From contig CAYXID010000001.1 in NCBI GenBank assembly GCA_964465535.1, forward strand, positions 276-64,275: a stretch of DNA of 64,000 nt, given 5' to 3'. The position numbers and the translations under genes are program-made. Each line of letters begins with the position of its first letter. Position 1 is the first letter of the stretch. The notes under the pieces are model-generated. The model had not been told where the DNA came from, ran no database searches, and was given only the letters and a program-made list of their open reading frames with translations. Shown piece by piece: positions 57,118 through 64,000 of the stretch. The stretch comes from an uncultured Ruminococcus sp. (GTDB taxonomy: Bacteria > Bacillota > Clostridia > Oscillospirales > Acutalibacteraceae).

Positions 57118-58197
57118 TTAGTATTTTATGGGATTGCTCTTTAAATATTTGTTAACCATAAGCGCAATCTTGAATACGATAGCGTGGTCAAACTCGCGCA
57201 AATCAAGACCTGTTATCTTCTTGATTTTTTCAAGACGGTAAACAAGTGTATTTCTGTGAACAAAGAGCTTTCTTGAGGTTTCGGAAACATTGAGGTTATT
57301 TTCAAAGAAACGCTGAATTGTAAAGAGAGTTTCCTGATCTAAGCTCTCAATAGCGCCGAGCTTGAATACCTCTTTAAGATATGTTTCGCAAAGGGTGGTA
57401 GGAAGCTGATAAATAAGTCTTGCAATACCGAGATTATCATAAGAAATGATATTCTTATCGTTATCGAATACCTTGCCGACTTCAAGGGCGGTCTGTGCCT
57501 CTTTGAAGGAACGGGCTAAATCCTTGAGGTTGTCCACTGTAGTTCCTATGCCGATTACTGCGCGAACAAAGAATTCGCCCGAAACGGTATCTGCAATTGA
57601 AGAAGCAAGATTTTCAATATCCTTAGAGGCAATACCTGTCTTAGTTTCCTTAACTAAGGCTACATTGTTCTCGTTTATGCTGATGATAAAGTCCTTCGAC
57701 TTATCGGGAAATAGATTTTGAAGAATATCGTAAACAGATACCTCATTAGGCTCAAGAGTACGAACAAGAATAACTGTACGGGAAACATCACTGTTAAAGC
57801 AAAGCTCTCTAGCCTTCAGATAGATATCACCCGGAAGAATGTTATCAAGAATGATATTTTTGATAAAGTTTGCTCTATCGTATTTCTCATCGTAATAGAA
57901 CTTAATGTTTGCAAAGGCAACCGCAAGTACCGAAACATACTTTTCTGCAAGGGTATCGTCTCCATCAACGAAAACCACATAATTCGCAGTTTGGGACATT
58001 GAGGTAACCGGCTTAAATGTAGAGCCGTTATAGGTGAACACTTCACGGTTAACAGTAGGAACCAAATGCAGATTTTCACCGATTCTGGTAAGCTCACTGC
58101 AAGCAATAATAATACCATTTTCATCGACAACACCGAACACGCGGTCGATAGCTTCCTTCATTTGATGAATGACGCCTTGAAACAGACGATTTGACAT
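57118..58197 (-). CDS. PucR/CdaR family transcriptional regulator
   Basis: C-terminal PucR-type HTH (NVSETSRKLFVHRNTLVYRLEKIKKITGLDLREFD). Start at MSNRLFQ. Confidence 0.8.
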   Translation of the reverse strand: MSNRLFQGVIHQMKEAIDRVFGVVDENGIIIACSELTRIGENLHLVPTVNREVFTYNGSTFKPVTSMSQTANYVVFVDGDDTLAEKYVSVLAVAFANIKFYYDEKYDRANFIKNIILDNILPGDIYLKARELCFNSDVSRTVILVRTLEPNEVSVYDILQNLFPDKSKDFIISINENNVALVKETKTGIASKDIENLASSIADTVSGEFFVRAVIGIGTTVDNLKDLARSFKEAQTALEVGKVFDNDKNIISYDNLGIARLIYQLPTTLCETYLKEVFKLGAIESLDQETLFTIQRFFENNLNVSETSRKLFVHRNTLVYRLEKIKKITGLDLREFDHAIVFKIALMVNKYLKSNPIKY

Positions 58198-58334
58198 AAA
58201 CAAACACTTCCTTATTTTAATACAAATTGTTCATATACATTTTACACAATTCTTCACCACATTTCAAGTGCTATATTCCCGTTTTTCGAAAAAAGTTACA
58301 GAAAAGTTACAAATTTGGAAATTTTTTATATAAA

Positions 58335-58366
58335 AAATCCCGACAAATTTAATTTGTCAGGATTTT
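58335..58366 (-). terminator. Intrinsic terminator after feoB
   Basis: 13 bp stem with one mismatch (ATCCCGACAAATT with AATTTGTCAGGAT). TTTTTT follows on the minus strand. Confidence 0.7.
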
Positions 58367-58393
58367 AAAACTCTAAAACTTATAGTTTTAGTC

Positions 58394-60529
58394 TTAAATT
58401 TTAGAAAAGAGAGATACTAAAGCACAAATTAAAATTCCCGTAACGGTAGGTATTAAAAATGCAAGGGCTGCCCACTTAAAGCTGCCCGTTTCCTTTTTGA
58501 CGGTTAAAAGTGTCGTAGCACAGGGCCAATGAAACAGAAAAAAGATTAAAACACAAATGGCTGTAACCTCATTCCAACCGTTTGCCATAAAGATATTTTT
58601 CAATTCTGCAATACTTGCAGTTTCGGTCAAAACACTTCCCGAAGTGTATGCCATAACCATTATCGGTATAACAATTTCGTTTGCAGGAAGCCCTAAAACA
58701 AAGGCAATAAGGATTACCCCGTCAAGACCGATAAGCTTTGCAAATGGGTCTAAAAAATCAGATAAAGCCCTTAAAACAGTCGTACCGCCAACACTTGTAT
58801 TTGCCGCAAGCCACAGTATAATTCCTGCGGGTATAGCGGCGGTTATAGCTCTGCCGAGCACGAAAAGTGTACGGTCAAACACCGAGCGCACAAACACCTC
58901 TAAAATCTTAGGCTTTCTATAGGGCGGAAGCTCTAATGTAAATGCCGACGGCACCCCTTTTAAAAGGGTTTTAGAGAGTAGCTTTGTAGCAATCATAGTC
59001 ATTATAACCGCTAAAACCACGCACATAAGCAGCATCAAAGCCGACACCGCAGAGGAATAAAATCCCGTTAGCGATAGAGTAAAAAACATAGTTATTATGG
59101 CAATTAATGCCGGAAATTTTCCGTTACAGGGCACAAAACTGTTAGTAAGAATTGCGAGTAGCCGTTCCCTCTTTGAATCTATAATTCTGCAGCCCGTAAC
59201 CCCTGCCGCATTACAGCCAAAGCCCATCGACATAGTAAGCGCCTGTTTTCCACAGGCAGAGCATTTTTTAAAGGGCGTATCAAGATTATAGGCTATTCTC
59301 GGAAGATATCCCGAATCCTCAAGCAAAGTAAAAAAAGGGAAAAATATTGCCATTGGCGGCAGCATAACAGCTACCACCCAAGCCGACACCTTGTAGGCTC
59401 CATCCACTAAAAGTCCTCTTAAAAATTCGGGCGCATCAAAATACCTGAATATCCGATTTAAGAAAATTTCAATTTCAGAAAACAGGGCTGAAAGTGCTGC
59501 CGACGGATAATTTGCCCCCTCAACAGTAATCCAGAAAACAAGTCCTAAAAGCAGTAACATTATGGGATATGCAGTGTATTTACCCGAGAAAATTTTATCT
59601 GCCTTGCGGTCAAAGGAATTTTTATCTTCGTTTTTATAAGATACCGTTCCCTTAATAATTCTTTCCGCTTCCAAAACTATAGAAGCGGCTACCATATCCC
59701 TTATTTTATCGGGTGTTATACCTACATTTGAAAGTCCAAATAAAGCCGTTTGTAAACTCTTTTTTATTTCTTCGTCTTCGGCTATATCTGTCCCTAAAAA
59801 GATTGATGCCTCGGCTATGAGTTTTTCTTCTTTCGATAGAAGCCTTAAAGCCACCCACCTTGCAGAAAGCCTGTCATCTACAATTCTTTTTATAGGCGCT
59901 TCTAAAAGCGAAATTGCCCTTTCTATACTCTCGGGATAGGAGATTTTATATTCTCTGCCCGTCGCTCTCACCGCACTATCTAAAACCTTGCCGAAATCTC
60001 TCAGTGACTTTTTATTTTTTGCCGTAACCCCTACAACCTTTATTCCAAGCCTTTTCTGCAGTTCGTCAAGGTTTAAAGTTATCCCCTTTCTTTCGGCTTC
60101 ATCCATAAGGTTTACACAAACAACCGTATTTTTACAAATTTCCATAGTCTGCAAAACGAGGTTCATATTCCGCTCAAGACAAGTGGCATCGCAAACTACC
60201 ACTACCGCGTCACTCTCTCCAAAACAAATGAAATTCCTAGCGCACTCCTCTTCAGCTGAACGCGCTATCAGGGAATATGTCCCCGGTATATCTATAAGAG
60301 CGTATCTGTTTTCTGCCGTTTTATAGTAGCCCTTTGCATTGTCTACAGTTTTCCCTGCCCAATTTCCCGTATGCTGTTTCATTCCCGTAAGGGCGTTAAA
60401 AAGCGTACTTTTACCAACATTAGGATTTCCCGCAAGAGCTACGGTTTTTACTTCCTCGTTATATATATTATGTAGGGCAGTTTTACTTCTTAATATGCTT
60501 TGCCCTACCGAGCTTTTAGTCAGACCCAT
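58394..60529 (-). CDS. feoB: Ferrous iron transport protein B
   Basis: N-terminal G domain (GNPNVGKST, DIPGTYS, NLMD) followed by a large polytopic membrane domain. 711 aa. Confidence 0.93.
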   Translation of the reverse strand: MGLTKSSVGQSILRSKTALHNIYNEEVKTVALAGNPNVGKSTLFNALTGMKQHTGNWAGKTVDNAKGYYKTAENRYALIDIPGTYSLIARSAEEECARNFICFGESDAVVVVCDATCLERNMNLVLQTMEICKNTVVCVNLMDEAERKGITLNLDELQKRLGIKVVGVTAKNKKSLRDFGKVLDSAVRATGREYKISYPESIERAISLLEAPIKRIVDDRLSARWVALRLLSKEEKLIAEASIFLGTDIAEDEEIKKSLQTALFGLSNVGITPDKIRDMVAASIVLEAERIIKGTVSYKNEDKNSFDRKADKIFSGKYTAYPIMLLLLGLVFWITVEGANYPSAALSALFSEIEIFLNRIFRYFDAPEFLRGLLVDGAYKVSAWVVAVMLPPMAIFFPFFTLLEDSGYLPRIAYNLDTPFKKCSACGKQALTMSMGFGCNAAGVTGCRIIDSKRERLLAILTNSFVPCNGKFPALIAIITMFFTLSLTGFYSSAVSALMLLMCVVLAVIMTMIATKLLSKTLLKGVPSAFTLELPPYRKPKILEVFVRSVFDRTLFVLGRAITAAIPAGIILWLAANTSVGGTTVLRALSDFLDPFAKLIGLDGVILIAFVLGLPANEIVIPIMVMAYTSGSVLTETASIAELKNIFMANGWNEVTAICVLIFFLFHWPCATTLLTVKKETGSFKWAALAFLIPTVTGILICALVSLFSKI

Positions 60530-60794
60530 TTAATTCCCCTCCAAAGCATACTCCGGTATCTATCGGAAAAACCAAAACCTCACCGCTATCCTCTGAGCGC
60601 AGAGCCATAACAGCGCCTCTTATCAAAAATGCAGTAGGGTCGCCCGACGGACTTTTCCCCACGCACTGAACCTCTGTTCCCTCGATAATACCGAGGTCAC
60701 AAAATCGGCGGCGCATTTCTCCTTTTGTACAGACCTTTTTAACCCTTGCCCTCTCACCGATTTTCATTTTATTCATACCGAAAATGTTATCCAT
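60516..60794 (-). CDS. feoA: FeoA family protein
   Basis: SH3-like FeoA signature (IGERARVKKV...LGIIEGTEVQCV...GDPTAFLIRGAVMALR). 14 nt overlap with feoB. The start is uncertain, with candidate starts between 60776 and 60815. Confidence 0.8.
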   Translation of the reverse strand: MDNIFGMNKMKIGERARVKKVCTKGEMRRRFCDLGIIEGTEVQCVGKSPSGDPTAFLIRGAVMALRSEDSGEVLVFPIDTGVCFGGELNGSD

Positions 60795-60895
60795 AACATT
60801 GACCCCGAAATTCAAAAATTCAAAGCTTTAAGCACACTTTTTTATGCGCATTACTTCTATTTTATCTTATTCTTGTAAAAGTCTTTTGTTACTTT

Positions 60896-60910
60896 TGACA
60901 ATAATTGTCA
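60896..60910. promoter_or_regulatory. Fur-family 7-1-7 operator candidate
   Basis: Perfect palindrome TGACAAT-A-ATTGTCA. It differs from the B. subtilis Fur 7-1-7 consensus TGATAAT-n-ATTATCA at one symmetric position per half-site. It lies 85-100 nt upstream of feoA. Confidence 0.55.
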
Positions 60911-60979
60911 TTCGTGCATTAAAACAAACAAAAATTATTGGTTTTCTGTGTTTTTTTGTGTTTTTATTTTGTTTTGCTA

Positions 60980-61008
60980 TTGACTTTTCTGTTGTTTTGT
61001 TATAAAAT
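60980..61008 (+). promoter_or_regulatory. Candidate sigma-A promoter for the glycyl radical enzyme operon
   Basis: TTGACT at 60980-60985, 17 nt spacer, TAAAAT at 61003-61008, preceded by a long T/G-rich tract. Confidence 0.45.
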
Positions 61009-61090
61009 GATAGCGGTGAGAAATATATAGTATTATTTCACTTTTTATATTGTATTTTCATTAAAAACCTATCTTTAGGAGGTATGTTAT

Positions 61091-63619
61091 ATGCCGTATA
61101 CTTTCACGGGCGATATTCAGAAGTCACCCCGAATTCAGCTTTTAATCGACCAGTTGTTCGAGGAAATGCCTGAAATCGAACCCGAGCGTGTTGTCCTTCT
61201 TACAGAATCTTATATGGCAACCGAGGACCAACCTATTATAATAAGGCGTGCAAAGGCTTTTGCCCATATTCTTGAGCATCTGCCTATCACAATAAGACCT
61301 CACGAATTGGTTGTAGGTGCTGCCACAAAGAAGCCGAGAAGCTGTCAGCTCTTCCCCGAGTATTCTTATGAATGGGTTGAGGCGGAGTTCGATACTCTTG
61401 CAACACGCAGTGCTGACCCGTTTTATATTTCGGAAGAAACAAAGGCAATTCTTAAAAAGCTTTTCCCCTATTGGAAAGGTAAAACTACAAGCGAGCTTGC
61501 AACTGCTCATATGTCTCCCGAGGCTATCGCCGCTATAGACCACAACATTTTCACCCCCGGAAACTACTTCTATAACGGAATAGGCCATGTAACCGTAGAT
61601 TACGGAAAGGTTCTTCGTATCGGTTATAAGGGAATTATCGCAGAGGCAAAGGCAGCTAAAGAAAAGCTTAGCGTAGCAGACCCCGACTTTGCATCCCGAA
61701 ACGAATTCTTAGATGCCGTTATCATAAGCTGTGAGGCGGTTATAAACTTTGCTAACAGATATGCAGAGCTTGCAAAAAATCAGGCGGCAACCGAAAGTAA
61801 CCCCACCCGCCGCGATGAGCTTTTACAGATTGCGGCTAACTGCTCAAGAGTTCCGCAGTACGGTGCAGAAAGCTTTTATGAGGCTTGTCAGTCCTTCTGG
61901 TTTGTACAGATGCTTTTACAGATTGAATCAAGCGGTCACTCAATTTCTCCGGGCCGTTTCGACCAATATATGTATCCTTACTATGAAAAGGATATTAATA
62001 GCGGAAAGATTACAAGAGAGTTTGCTCAGGAGCTTATCGACTGTATCTGGGTAAAACTCAATGACTTTACTAAGGTAAGAGACCTAGCCTCTGCCGAAGG
62101 CTTTGCAGGCTACAGTCTTTTCCAGAACCTTATTGCAGGCGGTCAGGATATCTACGGCAACGATGCTACCAACGATTTATCCTTCCACTGCATAAATGCA
62201 ACACTTCACGTACTTCTTCCGCAGCCTTCCTTCTCTGTTCGTGTTTGGAACGGAACTCCCCACGAATTCTTACTTCGTGCAGGTGAGGTTACCCGTACAG
62301 GTGTAGGTCTTCCGGCTTACTATAATGACGAGGTTATCATTCCCGCTCTCCAGAACAGAGGTCTTACCTTAGAGGATGCGAGAGACTACAATATTATAGG
62401 TTGTGTTGAGCCGCAGAAGTCAGGCAAGACTGACGGTTGGCACGACGCTGCATTCTTTAATATGTGCAGACCGCTCGAAATGGTTTTCTCAAACGGTGTT
62501 GATAAGGGCGTACAGATAGGTCCTCGTACCGGCGATGTAAACGATATGAAAACCTTTGACGAGTTCTATGACGCTTATAAGGCTCAGATGATTCACTTTA
62601 TCGAGCTTATGGTTAACGCCGATAATGCTATTGACCTAGCACACGCTCACCGTTGTCCTCTTCCCTTCCAGTCATCAATGGTTGAGGACTGTATCGGCAG
62701 AGGAAAGAGCTTACAGGAGGGCGGCGCTGTTTACAACTTTACAGGTCCTCAGGGCTTTGGAATTGCCAATATGGCAGACGCTATGACAGCTGTTAAAACA
62801 CTTGTGTTTGATAAAAAGCTCTTCACACTTGCAGAATTCAAGGAAGCGCTTGAAAACAACTACGGCAAGAATATGGATTCAAAGCTTGCAGAAAAGCTTA
62901 CCCGCCTTGCAGTTGAGAAGTTAGTGGCTGACGGCAAGAGCATTACAGAGGACGATGTAAAGGCAGTTTACCTTGCCGTCTCCGAGAACAGATGCTCCCC
63001 TGAGCAAAAGGCTAAATATCAGAAATTGCTTGATGAAATTGAAAAGCTTCCGAAATTCGGAAACGATATCCCCGAAATTGATAGCTTTGCAAGAGATGTT
63101 GCCTATACATATACAAGACCGCTTGAAAAATATAAAAATCCCAGAGGCGGTATTTATCAGGCAGGCCTTTACCCCGTATCTGCAAACGTTCCGCTTGGAG
63201 CTCAGACGGGTGCTACTCCCGACGGCAGACTTGCTAACACTCCCGTTGCAGACGGTGTATCCCCTGCAGCAGGCAGAGATTTGAAAGGTCCTACAGCGGC
63301 TGCTAACTCTGTTTCAAAGCTTGACCACTTTATAGCATCCAACGGAACACTCTTTAATATGAAGTTTCATCCGAGTGCTCTTGCAGGAAGAAGCGGTCTT
63401 GAAAGCTTCGTTGCTCTAATCAGAGGCTACTTCGACCAAAAGGGCAGTCATATGCAGTTTAATGTTGTAAGCAGAGAAACTCTTCGTGACGCTCAGAAGA
63501 ACCCTGAAAAATATAAGTCCCTTGTTGTTCGAGTAGCGGGCTATAGCGCTCTCTTTACAACCCTTTCTCGTTCCCTTCAGGACGACATTATAAACAGAAC
63601 TGAACAGGGAGGATTTTAA
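61091..63619 (+). CDS. PFL2 / glycerol-dehydratase family glycyl radical enzyme (diol-dehydratase-like, substrate unassigned)
   Basis: 842 aa. Cys loop [11 protein letters not shown]. Glycyl radical motif [11 protein letters not shown] (Gly817, nt 63539-63541). Several blocks ([29 protein letters not shown]) recall B12-independent glycerol/propanediol dehydratases. Confidence 0.88.
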   Translation: MPYTFTGDIQKSPRIQLLIDQLFEEMPEIEPERVVLLTESYMATEDQPIIIRRAKAFAHILEHLPITIRPHELVVGAATKKPRSCQLFPEYSYEWVEAEFDTLATRSADPFYISEETKAILKKLFPYWKGKTTSELATAHMSPEAIAAIDHNIFTPGNYFYNGIGHVTVDYGKVLRIGYKGIIAEAKAAKEKLSVADPDFASRNEFLDAVIISCEAVINFANRYAELAKNQAATESNPTRRDELLQIAANCSRVPQYGAESFYEACQSFWFVQMLLQIESSGHSISPGRFDQYMYPYYEKDINSGKITREFAQELIDCIWVKLNDFTKVRDLASAEGFAGYSLFQNLIAGGQDIYGNDATNDLSFHCINATLHVLLPQPSFSVRVWNGTPHEFLLRAGEVTRTGVGLPAYYNDEVIIPALQNRGLTLEDARDYNIIGCVEPQKSGKTDGWHDAAFFNMCRPLEMVFSNGVDKGVQIGPRTGDVNDMKTFDEFYDAYKAQMIHFIELMVNADNAIDLAHAHRCPLPFQSSMVEDCIGRGKSLQEGGAVYNFTGPQGFGIANMADAMTAVKTLVFDKKLFTLAEFKEALENNYGKNMDSKLAEKLTRLAVEKLVADGKSITEDDVKAVYLAVSENRCSPEQKAKYQKLLDEIEKLPKFGNDIPEIDSFARDVAYTYTRPLEKYKNPRGGIYQAGLYPVSANVPLGAQTGATPDGRLANTPVADGVSPAAGRDLKGPTAAANSVSKLDHFIASNGTLFNMKFHPSALAGRSGLESFVALIRGYFDQKGSHMQFNVVSRETLRDAQKNPEKYKSLVVRVAGYSALFTTLSRSLQDDIINRTEQGGF

Positions 63620-64000
63620 TGGATATTAGTACCCTTTCGGTTAAGGGCAGAATCTTTGATATCCAACGTTTTTCAACCCACGACGGTCCGGGAATTCGTA
63701 CAATCGTTTTCTTAAAGGGCTGTCCGCTCAGGTGCCGTTGGTGCTGCAACCCCGAATCTCAGCATTATGACTTCGAGGAAATGCTGCAAAACGGAAAAAC
63801 GAAGCTAATAGGTAAAGATGTAACAGTAGCAGAGGTAATGGAGGAGGTCCTTCGCGACCGTCCTTATTACAGGCGCTCAGGCGGCGGAATTACCTTGTCT
63901 GGCGGCGAAACCTTAGCTCAGCCTGACTTTGCAGAGGCTCTTTTATCAGTCTGCAAAGCGGCAGGTATTTCAACCGCTATCGAGTCTACGGGCTTTGCTA
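63619..64000 (+). CDS. Glycyl radical enzyme activating protein (radical SAM), 3' end outside window
   Basis: TAATG overlap with the [33 protein letters not shown] (CxxxCxxC) and [10 protein letters not shown] motifs are present. Confidence 0.9.
   Translation, partial: MDISTLSVKGRIFDIQRFSTHDGPGIRTIVFLKGCPLRCRWCCNPESQHYDFEEMLQNGKTKLIGKDVTVAEVMEEVLRDRPYYRRSGGGITLSGGETLAQPDFAEALLSVCKAAGISTAIESTGFA

Noticed and set aside
61142-61588. 148 aa minus-strand ORF inside the glycyl radical enzyme gene
   Set aside because: It is antisense to a strongly supported CDS, with no motifs or RBS.
1-64000. Looked for CRISPR arrays, tRNA/rRNA genes, transposases, integrases, phage structural genes and recognisable defence-system genes (restriction-modification, Cas and similar)
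   Set aside because: I found no direct-repeat/spacer arrays and no cloverleaf-sized conserved RNAs in the intergenic gaps. I also recognised no mobile-element or defence signatures among the translated ORFs.

Overview
This is a 64 kb chromosomal segment from a low-GC, spore-forming Firmicute (class Clostridia). The gene content and REP-like palindromes suggest a gut Oscillospiraceae/Ruminococcaceae-type organism, but I cannot verify that here. I support about 60 protein-coding genes. I found no rRNA, tRNA, CRISPR array, transposase, integrase or prophage genes. Housekeeping and sporulation backbone: pflB-pflA, uvrB-uvrA, spoIIAA-spoIIAB-sigF, folC, rlmD, pcrA, dut, trmO, spoIIE, ftsE-ftsX plus an M23 peptidase, and feoA-feoB. 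Accessory metabolic islands: (i) a cluster of three Gfo/Idh/MocA oxidoreductases plus a TIM-barrel isomerase under an AraC regulator; (ii) an AT-rich MFS plus glycerol-1-phosphate-dehydrogenase pair; (iii) a six-gene operon (LmbE-type deacetylase, NagB-type deaminase, PfkB kinase, class II aldolase, MFS, GDPD) that looks like a non-canonical amino-sugar pathway; (iv) a membrane-membrane-M20 peptidase-folC operon; (v) a second, PFL2-type glycyl radical enzyme with an unusually short activase at the right edge. Non-coding features absent from the ORF track: a ZTP (pfl-motif) riboswitch with its terminator upstream of pflB; a ~230 nt nested palindromic element after pflA; a REP-like double palindrome upstream of spoIIE; a spoIIE promoter with a 21 nt spacer; a Fur-type 7-1-7 box upstream of feoAB; and a rod-like structured 5' leader ending in an intrinsic terminator just before a GLUG-repeat lipoprotein gene. 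That leader is my best candidate for an undescribed cis-regulatory element. All functional calls rest on motif recognition by eye and recalled family knowledge. No searches were run.
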